Positions 36,705 through 46,616 of a stretch of 64,000 nt of DNA are shown here, piece by piece; position 1 is the stretch's first letter, and each line of letters opens with the position of its first letter. The notes below the pieces were generated by a model. That model had not been told where the DNA came from. It was given only the letters and a program-made list of their open reading frames with translations, and did no database searches. The DNA comes from Deltaproteobacteria bacterium. Its GTDB lineage: Bacteria > Desulfobacterota > GWC2-55-46. The translations under genes and the position numbers were made by a program. The stretch is from the NCBI GenBank assembly GCA_016177845.1, contig JACOUO010000011.1, forward strand, positions 512,326 to 576,325, given 5' to 3'.

Positions 36705-38877
36705 GTTTCAAAAGGCTTTTGCCGTCCTGATATCCATCGCAGTCCTGATTATCTTTTCCATCCAGCTTGATTATCTCTTCGCAGGAAGGATTCCCCAGTC
36801 AGAGAGCCTGGTCGCTGTCGCGAGGTTTTTCAGCCTCGTTGGCAACGGTCTATTTCTAATTTCTGTATGCGCCATAATTTTCGGGATAGGATACCGGCGC
36901 AGGAATATGGAAATAAAAGAGGCAGGTATAAGAGGAATACTCTCCGTCATTGTCGGAGGGGTTGCCGTACATATTCTCAAGGCAGCCTTTGAACGCCCCC
37001 GCATCGAGCACGGAAGCGATGCCATATTCCACTTCCTTCAGAACCCGTCTTTTTTCGACCTTACAGGAAAGTATAATTCTTTTCCGTCAGGCCACACGAC
37101 AGTAACTTTTGCGGTTGCTTATGTATTATCAAAGAAGTTCCCACGCCTGATGCCCCTCTTTTATCTTATAGCGTTATTGGTAGCGGCTTCCCGTGTCTAT
37201 CTCGGCTCGCATTACCCCACTGACACCCTGATAGGCGCTTTCCTCGGAATCTCGGTAGGGTATCTCCTTATGACAAGGGAGCGGATAGCAGAGAAATGGC
37301 TCATAGCAGGTCTTGCCGTTCTTATCATATCCGTTTCATTTTTCAAGACCGGCGGCTTCCTTCTCTTTGATGTTGATGAAGCGGTCTTTTCAGAGGCGTC
37401 AAGGGAGATGGTAGAGACAGGCGACCTTATAACGCCCACATACAATTACGAACCGAGATATGATAAGCCCATTCTCATATACTGGTTCATGTCCGCGGCG
37501 TTTACCTTCTTCGGCATCACCGAATTCGCCGCAAGGTTTACCTCAGGGCTATTCGGCACGCTCCTCGTGCTGATGACATTTTTCTTCATAAGGCGCAACA
37601 AAGGCAACGGCGCAGCTCTATTCGTCTCGCTCGCGCTCCTGTTAAACCTTGAATACTTCGTCTATACGCACTCCGCAGTGACGGATATGACCCTTGCCTT
37701 TTTCATCACGGCATCCGTTTACTCGTTCTATCTGGCTATACGGGAAAATAAGCGGTTATGGTATATGTCGTTCTGGGCAGCTTCAGCCTTGGCCGTGCTT
37801 ACAAAGGGCGTTATCGGCATACTCTTCCCTGTTGTAATAGGGTTTTTATTCCTGTTCCTTTCCAAAAAGCTCTCAAGGGCAAAGGACTTTTTAAAACCGT
37901 CGTACATCGCTCAGTTCCTTTTGATATCAGTGCCCTGGTTTGCGGCTGAATTCTATGTGAACGGCTGGGAGTTCTTCAACGCATTTATCATAAAGCACCA
38001 CTTCCAGAGATATTCGGAAGTCATCTCAAGCCACAGCGGCCCGTTCTACTACTACATCATCGTCCTATTGATAGGCTTTTTCCCGTGGGTCTCAATGCTC
38101 CCCACAGGCATATACAAAGGCTACAAGGAAAAAAGCTCAAAAGACTCTGACGGCCTGTATCTCCTGACATCCATATGGTTTGTCTTTGTGCTCATATTCT
38201 TCTCAATCGCAAAGACAAAACTGCCTAACTACATATTCCCTCTCTATCCTCCCGCGGCGATAATGGCAGGTCTTGTCATAGCGGAGATAGCCGGCAAGAG
38301 CCCGGAGAGGAAAAAGAACGGAATATACATAATGATGATACTTGCTGGCATCATTGCCAATGCCATCTTCGTATTGCCGTTCATTGAGATGAAGGCTCAG
38401 ATACCGTTTAACCCCATCTTCTTCTTTGAGCTCGGCCTGATATTCTTCATTATCGCTGTGCTTGCGCTTGTAGCCATTTTCAGGCCAATGCCCGCCATGC
38501 TCGGCATCGCGGGCATGTCAGCCGTACTTATTATTTTCCTTAGATTGTACGCGCTCCCCCCTGTAAATATCTTTTTCCAGAAGACGCTCTATACTTATTC
38601 CACCTACGCCCGCAACCTGGGCAAGGACGGGGTCTTGGCGACTTATGAGATAAACAAACCTTCCATTGCGTTCTACTCACAGCGAAAGGTCATAAAAATA
38701 GAGCAGAGGGATGCCTGCAACATAAAAGAGTTCGCCAAAAAACAAAAATTCCTCCTTATCACAAGCCCGTCAAGATACAACGAGGTCAAAGACTACGAAG
38801 GGCTTAAAGTGATAGACTCTACAAAAGAATACATGCTCCTTGGCACCGAAGGCCTGCCTCCATTCCAGGCCCGCTGA
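36682..38877 (+). CDS. Fusion membrane protein: N-terminal PAP2 phosphatase plus C-terminal ArnT/PMT-like GT-C glycosyltransferase
   Basis: 731 aa. PAP2 motifs are KAAFERPR (KxxxxxxRP), FPSGHT (PSGH) and SRVYLGSHYPTD (SRxxxxxHxxxD). The downstream region has the ArnT-like DEAVFSEASREM and YDKPILIYW motifs and more than 10 transmembrane helices. It overlaps the preceding gene by 23 nt. Confidence 0.75.
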   Translation: MRRRLLIRFQKAFAVLISIAVLIIFSIQLDYLFAGRIPQSESLVAVARFFSLVGNGLFLISVCAIIFGIGYRRRNMEIKEAGIRGILSVIVGGVAVHILKAAFERPRIEHGSDAIFHFLQNPSFFDLTGKYNSFPSGHTTVTFAVAYVLSKKFPRLMPLFYLIALLVAASRVYLGSHYPTDTLIGAFLGISVGYLLMTRERIAEKWLIAGLAVLIISVSFFKTGGFLLFDVDEAVFSEASREMVETGDLITPTYNYEPRYDKPILIYWFMSAAFTFFGITEFAARFTSGLFGTLLVLMTFFFIRRNKGNGAALFVSLALLLNLEYFVYTHSAVTDMTLAFFITASVYSFYLAIRENKRLWYMSFWAASALAVLTKGVIGILFPVVIGFLFLFLSKKLSRAKDFLKPSYIAQFLLISVPWFAAEFYVNGWEFFNAFIIKHHFQRYSEVISSHSGPFYYYIIVLLIGFFPWVSMLPTGIYKGYKEKSSKDSDGLYLLTSIWFVFVLIFFSIAKTKLPNYIFPLYPPAAIMAGLVIAEIAGKSPERKKNGIYIMMILAGIIANAIFVLPFIEMKAQIPFNPIFFFELGLIFFIIAVLALVAIFRPMPAMLGIAGMSAVLIIFLRLYALPPVNIFFQKTLYTYSTYARNLGKDGVLATYEINKPSIAFYSQRKVIKIEQRDACNIKEFAKKQKFLLITSPSRYNEVKDYEGLKVIDSTKEYMLLGTEGLPPFQAR

Positions 38878-38948
38878 CTTGATTTTTCCGTCTTACCTGT
38901 ATATCCTTTAAAAGTCAGGGCAGAGTTGATAGCCCTCAGCTAAAACCT

Positions 38949-40262
38949 ATGAAGAAAAAAGCGATCATAATGGGTGCGGCAGGACGGGATTTTCACAACT
39001 TCAACACCTATTTCAGGCACAACGAAGATTACGAAATCACCGCTTTCACCGCAACCCAGATACCATTCATAAGTAACAGGACATATCCTCCAAGCCTTTC
39101 AGGCCCGCTTTATCCTGACGGCATCCCCATACACCCCGAAGAAGAATTAGCTGGACTTATAAAATCACAGAACATTGACGAAGTAATATTTTCATACAGC
39201 GATGTTTCGCATGATTATGTCATGCACAGGGCGTCTCTTGTGACCGCGCTCGGGGCCGACTTCGTCCTCCTTGGGTTTGAAAAAACAATGCTCAAATCAA
39301 GTAAGCCTGTCATATCGGTCTGCGCGGTAAGAACAGGCTGCGGCAAGAGCGGCGTTACAAGATACATTGGAAAGCTATTGAAAGAGCTTGGCAGAAAGCC
39401 TGTTGCCATAAGACACCCAATGCCTTACGGTGACCTTGAAAAACAGGCTGTACAACGCTTCTCCAAACCCCAGGATTTAACAGAGGCAAACTGCACGATT
39501 GAAGAGATGGAAGAATATGAGCCCCTTATCAATGCGGGCATTACCGTATATGCGGGAGTGGATTACGAAAAGATATTGAGAAGGGCTGAACAAGAGGCAG
39601 AGATAATAATATGGGACGGCGGCAATAATGACCTGCCCTTTATAAGGCCTGACCTCTCACTTGTGGTAGCTGACCCGTTAAGGACAGGCCATGAGCTTTC
39701 ATACTATCACGGAGAAGCAAATTTAAGAAGAGCGGATTGCGTAATCATAAATAAGGCAAACTCCGCAAAGTGTGATGATATTGAACAGCTGAAAAAGAAT
39801 ATAAGGTCGGTCAACACAACCGCTCAAATAATACTTACAGCCTCTTCGGTTGATGTTGAGGAGCCGATAAAAGGCAAAAGGGTACTCGTCATAGAGGACG
39901 GCCCTACCCTCACCCACGGCGGTATGGATTACGGCGCAGGCATCATAGCCGCAAGGCTCTACGGGGCAGAGCCCGTTGATGCGAGCCCTTATGCGGTAGG
40001 CACTATCAAAGATACGCTTTCGCGTTATCCCCATATAAAAAACCTTCTTCCTGCAATGGGCTACTCGCCAACACAAATGCGCGAGCTTGAAGAGAGTATA
40101 AACAGGACTCCCTGCGACATGGTCCTTATTGCCACTCCAATCGACCTTGCCAAACTTATCAACATCAAAAAACCTTTTACAAGGGTGCATTACGGGATAG
40201 CTGAGATTGAAACCCCAGGGCTTAAAGGCGTTATAACACAATTCCTTAAGAGGACAGCGTGA
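38949..40262 (+). CDS. P-loop protein of the COG2403/cyclic-2,3-diphosphoglycerate-synthetase-like family (tentative)
   Basis: 437 aa with a Walker-A-like TGCGKSGVT. The family assignment is from memory only. It overlaps the following gene by 4 nt. Confidence 0.45.
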   Translation: MKKKAIIMGAAGRDFHNFNTYFRHNEDYEITAFTATQIPFISNRTYPPSLSGPLYPDGIPIHPEEELAGLIKSQNIDEVIFSYSDVSHDYVMHRASLVTALGADFVLLGFEKTMLKSSKPVISVCAVRTGCGKSGVTRYIGKLLKELGRKPVAIRHPMPYGDLEKQAVQRFSKPQDLTEANCTIEEMEEYEPLINAGITVYAGVDYEKILRRAEQEAEIIIWDGGNNDLPFIRPDLSLVVADPLRTGHELSYYHGEANLRRADCVIINKANSAKCDDIEQLKKNIRSVNTTAQIILTASSVDVEEPIKGKRVLVIEDGPTLTHGGMDYGAGIIAARLYGAEPVDASPYAVGTIKDTLSRYPHIKNLLPAMGYSPTQMRELEESINRTPCDMVLIATPIDLAKLINIKKPFTRVHYGIAEIETPGLKGVITQFLKRTA

Positions 40263-41107
40263 GGAGACTGCTCGCCTTTTTCGCTAAAAGGTATATAGCA
40301 GGCATAGAGATAAAAAATGCCATTGAGGCCGCGCGCAGGCTCAACAGCCTCGGCATACTTGCTACAATAGATAACCTTGGCGAAAATGTATCCGATATCC
40401 ATAAGGCAAAACTTTCGGTACGGGAGTATCACAGGCTGCTTGAAGAGATAGACAAGGCAAAGGTCAAATCAACAGTATCGCTTAAACTGACCCACCTTGG
40501 GCTTGATATCTCAGAAGACCTTGCAAGGGCAAATGCCGAGTCAATACTCAGAAAGGCAATGCAGTACGGCAATTCAGTCTGCCTCGATATGGAGGGCTCA
40601 GGATATACCAAAAGGACAATCGATATATGCCTCTCATTAAGGAAAGATTATCCTAATGTGAGCATCGCCATACAGAGCTATCTTAAAAGAAGCGCAGCTG
40701 ACATAACGCTCCTCAATAAAAATAGTATTAGCGTAAGGCTTGTCAAAGGCGCTTACAAAGAACCGCCTGAAATAGCATTTGCGGATAAGAAAGATGTGGA
40801 TGCGAATTATGAGGCTCTGATGAAAGAACTTCTCCTGCACGGAAACAGGCCTGCCATAGCAACGCATGATGAGAGGCTGATAAATGAGGCTATCAGGTTT
40901 GCCAATGACAACGCAATCGGAAAAGAAAGCTTCGAGTTCCAGATGCTCCTTGGGATAAAAAGAGGGCTGCAGAAAAGGCTTGCTGACGAAAGTTTTAAGA
41001 TGCGGGTATATGTGCCTTACGGGGCTGAATGGCTCCCTTATACCCTTCGAAGGTTTAGGGAGCGCAAGGAAAATATCTATTTTGTATTAAAGAATATCTT
41101 TGACTAA
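40259..41107 (+). CDS. Monofunctional proline dehydrogenase (PutA PRODH-domain family)
   Basis: 282 aa with a TIM-barrel PRODH-like sequence (LSLKLTHLGL, VCLDMEGSGYT, VRLVKGAY, IATHDERLI). Its start overlaps the stop of the upstream gene. Confidence 0.7.
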   Translation: MRRLLAFFAKRYIAGIEIKNAIEAARRLNSLGILATIDNLGENVSDIHKAKLSVREYHRLLEEIDKAKVKSTVSLKLTHLGLDISEDLARANAESILRKAMQYGNSVCLDMEGSGYTKRTIDICLSLRKDYPNVSIAIQSYLKRSAADITLLNKNSISVRLVKGAYKEPPEIAFADKKDVDANYEALMKELLLHGNRPAIATHDERLINEAIRFANDNAIGKESFEFQMLLGIKRGLQKRLADESFKMRVYVPYGAEWLPYTLRRFRERKENIYFVLKNIFD

Positions 41108-41118
41108 AACAAAAAAAA

Positions 41119-41628
41119 TTATTTCTTGTCAGTCGGGTAAGGAAGTGCGCACTCGGACGGGCTGCCTTTTATCTTTTCAATGGTATGGCATAGCGCAGGC
41201 ATTACTACCGCAAGGTTCTCCCTTACTGCCCTCGGGCTTCCCGGAAGATTTATGATAAGGGATTCGCCCCTGATTCCGCACACAGCCCTTGATATCATGG
41301 CGTTCGGTGTTTTCTTAAGGCTCTCCGCCCTCATCGCCTCTGACATGCCCGGCAGTTCCCTCTCTATCACTGCCTTTGTAGCCTCAGGCGTTACATCCCT
41401 TGGGGTTACGCCTGTGCCGCCTGTAGTAAGTATCAGGTCGAGCTTCTTAATATCGGCATACTCGATGAGCTTTTCCCTTATTACAGAGGTCTCATCAGGG
41501 ATTACCTCATAGGCCTTGACCTGAGCGGGAAGCTCAATTATCATGCGCTCGATTTCCTTGCCGCTTAAATCCTCCCTCTCGCCCCTTGAGCCCTTATCGC
41601 TCATTGTAAGTATGCCTACTGTTATCAT
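41119..41628 (-). CDS. mog: Molybdopterin adenylyltransferase/MoaB-MogA family protein
   Basis: 169 aa containing MSDKGSRGEREDLSGK and the GGTGVTPRDVTPEA motif (GGTG). Confidence 0.8.
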   Translation of the reverse strand: MITVGILTMSDKGSRGEREDLSGKEIERMIIELPAQVKAYEVIPDETSVIREKLIEYADIKKLDLILTTGGTGVTPRDVTPEATKAVIERELPGMSEAMRAESLKKTPNAMISRAVCGIRGESLIINLPGSPRAVRENLAVVMPALCHTIEKIKGSPSECALPYPTDKK

Positions 41629-41649
41629 CTTATTCTTTCCCGTTTGGTT

Positions 41650-42081
41650 TTATGGTGTCTCGGAGACCCAGACATCCCCTGTCTTTGTAGTCTCCCGTTT
41701 CCAGATAGGCGTAGTGCGTTTAAGCTCTGTTATCGCCCATTCACAGGCCATGAAAGCATCATTACGGTGGGCTGAAGCAGCCACAATCAAAACGATATCC
41801 TCTCCGACATCGATATTGCCTATCCTGTGTACAATGCCCATCTCAATGATATTGAAGTTCTTAAGCGCCCTCTCTCGGATGTCTTTAAGCTTGTTCTCAG
41901 CCATCCCGGGATAGTGCTCAAAATCAAGCCCTGATATCTCAAAGCCTTTTGAGTTGTCCCTTCCGGTACCGAGGAATGTCACTACCGCGCCTATGCCCTT
42001 CGAGGCCTTCTTTACATTTTCCATCTCAGCTTCTATTGAAAAATTCTCTCTTTGTATTCTTACAAGTTCCGGCATTTTCAT
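41650..42081 (-). CDS. moaE: Molybdopterin synthase catalytic subunit MoaE
   Basis: 143 aa with MoaE-like conserved regions. It is adjacent to moaD. Confidence 0.8.
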   Translation of the reverse strand: MKMPELVRIQRENFSIEAEMENVKKASKGIGAVVTFLGTGRDNSKGFEISGLDFEHYPGMAENKLKDIRERALKNFNIIEMGIVHRIGNIDVGEDIVLIVAASAHRNDAFMACEWAITELKRTTPIWKRETTKTGDVWVSETP

Positions 42082-42125
42082 CTACCTTATTTTAATTTGA
42101 CTGAAAGCTGACGCTCAAAGAAAGA

Positions 42126-42374
42126 CTAACCGCCTGAGAACGGCGGAAGAAGCCCAATCTCATCTCCGTCCTTGATGACGGTGTTTTTGTCGGCGAATTC
42201 CTGATTTACGGAAATGAATACCGAACGGCTGGCGAATACGCCCTCAAGAGCCGGGAAATCTTTTTTCAGCATCCCCTTAAGCTCTTCAAGAGTAATCGTG
42301 CCCTCGATATTATACTGCTTGGCCTCTGCTTTTGTAAGGTTCTTAAGCATGGCGAAAAATTTTACTGATATCAT
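42126..42374 (-). CDS. moaD: Molybdopterin synthase sulfur-carrier subunit MoaD
   Basis: 82 aa, ThiS/MoaD fold, with a C-terminal Gly-Gly (..PPFSGG). Confidence 0.7.
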   Translation of the reverse strand: MISVKFFAMLKNLTKAEAKQYNIEGTITLEELKGMLKKDFPALEGVFASRSVFISVNQEFADKNTVIKDGDEIGLLPPFSGG

Positions 42375-42376
42375 TT

Positions 42377-44710
42377 TCAGTTGCTCAATTCCGCGCCAAA
42401 GTTTTTATTCAGGTCGAGCTTGACCCTGCTTGACGCCTTAGAGAAAAGCTCTGCGAATGAGTCCCCTTCATTCGGGAATGAAGCATAGCCGTAAAGTATA
42501 TCGGCCTTGCCTTCTCCGAAGGCCTTGCGGAAGTCCTCGTCATTCGCTATCACCTCGGTTATCGAGCCGAGGAGCCTTGAAATTTTTTCATTCGTATCAA
42601 GGAACAGGAAGCCGAAGGTCTCTTCATTAAGCCTTACCACGACATCAAAGTTCCTTGTCCTTTTCCTGATGTAGCCTATGAGTTTTGTCTCGAACTCAGC
42701 CTTCCTGTTCCTGAAGGCATCCTTGAGCCCTGCTATCCTTACGGTAGCAAGCACAAGGCTCTTATCCATTCTGCGCGCCCTGTTAAGCTCCTGCTCAACC
42801 CTCTGCTCAAAGAGATGGAGCGGCGTCTGCCCTGTCTCAAGCTTCCTCTCAGGCTTCTGCTCTGCCCTGGAGTTAAGCATTATGACATTGGCAAGCGCCT
42901 TTTCGGCATAGACCGCGAACCTTGTGAATGTATCGGCGTCAGCCCTGGAAAAAGCGCATGGGTAAACGGTAGCTTCATTCGATTTATTGAATAATGTAAG
43001 TACGGCTATGATGTTGTTCTCAACCCTTAGCGGCAGCGAAAGCACTGACCTGATATAAGGGCTTGCCTCTTCGGAAAATTCCCTCACGACAGCCGTCTTT
43101 TTCCTCAAGACCTCCATTACGGTCTCTTTCTCAATGGGGAGGAAATATTCCCTTATCTTTTTATCGTCAAGCCCGTAGGTAGACACTGTCTGAAAGCGTT
43201 TTGAGCCTGCCTGCTGTATCCTTAAGAGAGAGCCTTCGGCCCCGAGTATCGCGGCAGGGGTGGTTGAAATGATGGTAACAAGCCTTTTGGGGTCTTTTAT
43301 CGATATCATCTCAAGGCCTGCTTCATCTACAGCGAACATCTTCCTTGACCTGAGCTTTTCTTTTTCATGCTTATTCTGCTTATAGACGCTCTCAGCTATC
43401 AAGGTCCTTATGTCTTTGAGGAATGACTCATGGTAAACGGATAGCCCGTGTGAAGAGACCACATGGCCGTTAAGCGTGCCGACAAGCGTATTATTTGATA
43501 CCATCGGCAGTGTAAGATATACCCTCTTGGTCGCGCCGTGCTCAGTCCTGTCAACAAGGAACACATCATCCATTGAATCCATTGTCGCGCCTTCCATGCC
43601 CTCGCCTGCCCTGAGGCTCAGCAGCCCAAGACCCTTGGCGTCCTTTATGCTTGAAGCCTGCAGGAAGAGCCTGTTCCTGTCGTCATCATAGATGTATATG
43701 AAACAGGTCAGCCCCGGCACTATTTCGGAAAGCCTTCTGGCTACGACATTAAGCCTCTTATCAAGCGGAGAGGCGGAGGACATGACAGTATCCACCTCTT
43801 TCCAGAATGTGAACTTGGCAGCATCGACCCTCAGGCGTTCGTATTCATTCGACCGCTGGATAACCTCGGCTGCCAGTGAGGCCAGACTTGTGAGGAAGTT
43901 CAGGTCGTCATTTGTAAACACATGGGCTGATTCGCTTGAGCTTACATTTATTACGCCGATGACCTCCCCGTTTACAAGCAGGGGCACGCACATGGAGTTC
44001 TTGACATCGCTCCTGTCCATGGGGCGGGTGAACTCATCTCCCTTTGCCTTGCCTGATATGAGCATGGGCTTGCCTTCTTTGGCAACTTTACCGGAGATGC
44101 CGTCGCCAAGCGGGACCCTTATCTTTCTTATGACCTCTTCATCCATGCCCTTTGCTATCTCAACCCTCAGCGTGCCTTCTTCGGCTGACAGGAGCATGAT
44201 GGAGCCGCGCTCCGCGTGGGTGTATTCGGTAGCAAGTTTTAAAATTACGGAAAGGAGCTCTTTACGGTCTATTGTGAGGCGCACCGCATCGACTATCTCG
44301 CGGAAGGATGAAAGGAGCGTAAACTGCTCATGCCCTTTATCCACGGCGCCTTCTTTGGGGGCTGAGGCCCTTACTCCCCAGATAAGCCTTGTGCTCAGAG
44401 GGCCTAACTTTTCTATGTCCCTGAACTCAGGGCTTTCGAGGAATTTCTCTGTAGCCTGGTCCTGAAGCGCGTTTATGATTATATCAAGGCCCTGCTGTTT
44501 TTTAATTTCGTTAAGGTCGTGGATGATTTTGATATCGAGGTTTTTGGCAAGGCGGTAGCCGAGCTCATTGAGCTTAAAGAGCATGGCATCCCTGTTCGTA
44601 TCGGCAATCATGCAGATACGGCTCTTCCCGTCATTGAGGAGTATGGGCAGGAGCTTGAGCCCTTCCTTGTTGGCGCCGATGATGGCTATGTTCTTAAGGT
44701 CGTTTGGCAT
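42377..44710 (-). CDS. Multi-GAF-domain signalling protein with a C-terminal degenerate GGDEF-like domain
   Basis: 777 aa containing several GAF-like modules. The C-terminal RLNEETFGF replaces the R[YH]GGEEF motif, so it is probably catalytically inactive. Confidence 0.55.
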   Translation of the reverse strand: MPNDLKNIAIIGANKEGLKLLPILLNDGKSRICMIADTNRDAMLFKLNELGYRLAKNLDIKIIHDLNEIKKQQGLDIIINALQDQATEKFLESPEFRDIEKLGPLSTRLIWGVRASAPKEGAVDKGHEQFTLLSSFREIVDAVRLTIDRKELLSVILKLATEYTHAERGSIMLLSAEEGTLRVEIAKGMDEEVIRKIRVPLGDGISGKVAKEGKPMLISGKAKGDEFTRPMDRSDVKNSMCVPLLVNGEVIGVINVSSSESAHVFTNDDLNFLTSLASLAAEVIQRSNEYERLRVDAAKFTFWKEVDTVMSSASPLDKRLNVVARRLSEIVPGLTCFIYIYDDDRNRLFLQASSIKDAKGLGLLSLRAGEGMEGATMDSMDDVFLVDRTEHGATKRVYLTLPMVSNNTLVGTLNGHVVSSHGLSVYHESFLKDIRTLIAESVYKQNKHEKEKLRSRKMFAVDEAGLEMISIKDPKRLVTIISTTPAAILGAEGSLLRIQQAGSKRFQTVSTYGLDDKKIREYFLPIEKETVMEVLRKKTAVVREFSEEASPYIRSVLSLPLRVENNIIAVLTLFNKSNEATVYPCAFSRADADTFTRFAVYAEKALANVIMLNSRAEQKPERKLETGQTPLHLFEQRVEQELNRARRMDKSLVLATVRIAGLKDAFRNRKAEFETKLIGYIRKRTRNFDVVVRLNEETFGFLFLDTNEKISRLLGSITEVIANDEDFRKAFGEGKADILYGYASFPNEGDSFAELFSKASSRVKLDLNKNFGAELSN

Positions 44711-44722
44711 AGCTTTTTAAGG

Positions 44723-45130
44723 TCAGATCTTCTCCAGAATGCCAAGCTCAAGAAGCCTGTTGATAAGCCTTATTGATTCAAGGTCTCCGACATATTCACC
44801 GGCTTCCCCGCCTTTTCCCCTTGAAGCCTCATCAAGCCTTCTTAAACCTTCAAGTATCAATGCCTCGGCAGGCTGGTTTATGGATTTATCCGGCGGATTG
44901 GCGTCAGGCTCTACTTCGAACTCCCCGTCTTTCCACGCGAGTAAACTGAAAAAAGCCTCAGGGCCGGTAAATTCCCTGTAAGAGGCATGAACGATATTTC
45001 CGTTCTTGATATAGACCCTGCCGTAACCCATCTCCGAGCCGAGGTGAATAGCTACAGTCTTTCTCTCGGCATTGAAGATCTGGATTATATCGACAAGCCC
45101 CATATCCTTAAGCCTGCCTTTTACTCCCAC
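44723..45130 (-). CDS. DUF4388 (PATAN-like) domain protein
   Basis: 135 aa. The N-terminal GRLKDMGLVDIIQIFNAERKTVAIHL is typical of DUF4388. It is 12 nt upstream of the GAF protein. Confidence 0.5.
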   Translation of the reverse strand: MGVKGRLKDMGLVDIIQIFNAERKTVAIHLGSEMGYGRVYIKNGNIVHASYREFTGPEAFFSLLAWKDGEFEVEPDANPPDKSINQPAEALILEGLRRLDEASRGKGGEAGEYVGDLESIRLINRLLELGILEKI

Positions 45131-45306
45131 AGAAGCCTCCGCAAACCATTTTGTGTGGGGCTGACTCGCACCACATCACATTACATTTCGGCTTATTTTA
45201 CAATAAATTAACTTTTTTTTCCATATAGATGAATATTCATGGCGAGCGCACTCCACGAAGCCTGCTGCGGGAGCTTCAATAATTTACGCTGTCCAGGGCT
45301 AAAAAG

Positions 45307-46563
45307 CTACTCCCTGACCTGCCCTTCGCCGAAGATTATGAACTTCTGAGTGGTCAATTCCTCAAGCCCCATAGGGCCGAAGGCGTGTATTTTGGTTGTG
45401 GAGATGCCTATTTCAGCTCCAAGCCCAAGCTGGAATCCGTCAGAGAAGCGGGTTGAAGCGTTTACAAGGACGGTTGAAGAATTTACCTCCCTGATGAATC
45501 TCTGTGAGTTGGCGTAATCCTTTGTAATGATGGACTCTGTGTGGAGCGAGCCGTACTTTGCAATATGGTCGATTGCCTCATCGAGCGTATCCACAACCTT
45601 TACAGCAAGTACCAGGTCAAGATATTCGGCAGACCAGTCCTCTTCGATGGCAGCCTTTATATCCGGCAGGACCTTTCTTGTCCTCTCGCAGCCCCTTAGC
45701 TCTACTCCTGCCTCTTTGTATTTCTTATACATTCCGGGCAGGAACTCATCAGCTATGTTCTTATGGACAAGGAGTGTTTCCATTGCATTGCACACACCCG
45801 GCCTCTGCACCTTGGAATTAAAGCAAATCCTCTCTGCCATCTCAGTATCCGCTGACTCGTCCACAAATACATGGCAGACGCCCTTATAATGTTTTATGAC
45901 GGGTATCTTTGAATTCTCGACCACGAATCTTATAAGGCCCTCTCCCCCCCTTGGGATGATAAGGTCGATGTAGTCCTCAAGCTTAAGCATCTCCTGCACA
46001 GCTTCGCGCTCTACTGTCGGGATTACCTGTATTGCGTTTGCCGGCACGCCTGCTTCCACGCATGCGTCATTCAATACCTTTGCTATCGCGGTATTTGAAT
46101 GTATGGCTTCGCTGCCGCCCCTCAGGATAACGGCATTGCCTGATTTAAGGCAAAGCCCTGCGGCATCCGCGGTTACATTGGGCCTTGATTCATATATAAT
46201 GCCGATAACGCCGATTGGGATGCGCATCTTGCCGACCATGAGGTTATTCGGCCTCTTCCACATCTTGGTGACTTCACCAACAGGGTCAGGCAGCGCAACT
46301 ACTTCACGCAGTCCGTTTGCCATTGTCGAGATGACCTTGTCAGTAAGCGTGAGCCTGTCTATCATCGCCTTTGTAAGGCCTTTTTTTTCGGCAGCCTCGG
46401 TGTCCTTCCTGTTCTCTTCCTTAAGGAATGGGGCATTTGCCTCAAGCCCCTCAGCCATCTTAATGAGGGCTTTATTCTTTACACCTGTGCCAAGCCTTGC
46501 AACTCCAAGGGAGGCCTGCCTGGCGGCTTGGGCTATTTTCAGGATATCCTCTTTCACAGACAT
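45307..46563 (-). CDS. proA: Gamma-glutamyl phosphate reductase
   Basis: 418 aa, ALDH-fold ProA with a conserved catalytic Cys region. It is directly downstream of proB. Confidence 0.9.
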   Translation of the reverse strand: MSVKEDILKIAQAARQASLGVARLGTGVKNKALIKMAEGLEANAPFLKEENRKDTEAAEKKGLTKAMIDRLTLTDKVISTMANGLREVVALPDPVGEVTKMWKRPNNLMVGKMRIPIGVIGIIYESRPNVTADAAGLCLKSGNAVILRGGSEAIHSNTAIAKVLNDACVEAGVPANAIQVIPTVEREAVQEMLKLEDYIDLIIPRGGEGLIRFVVENSKIPVIKHYKGVCHVFVDESADTEMAERICFNSKVQRPGVCNAMETLLVHKNIADEFLPGMYKKYKEAGVELRGCERTRKVLPDIKAAIEEDWSAEYLDLVLAVKVVDTLDEAIDHIAKYGSLHTESIITKDYANSQRFIREVNSSTVLVNASTRFSDGFQLGLGAEIGISTTKIHAFGPMGLEELTTQKFIIFGEGQVRE

Positions 46564-46616
46564 AAGAAACTCCTTGGAAAATTTTCAGAAACTATTTGAA
46601 AAATAAAGAAAATCAG

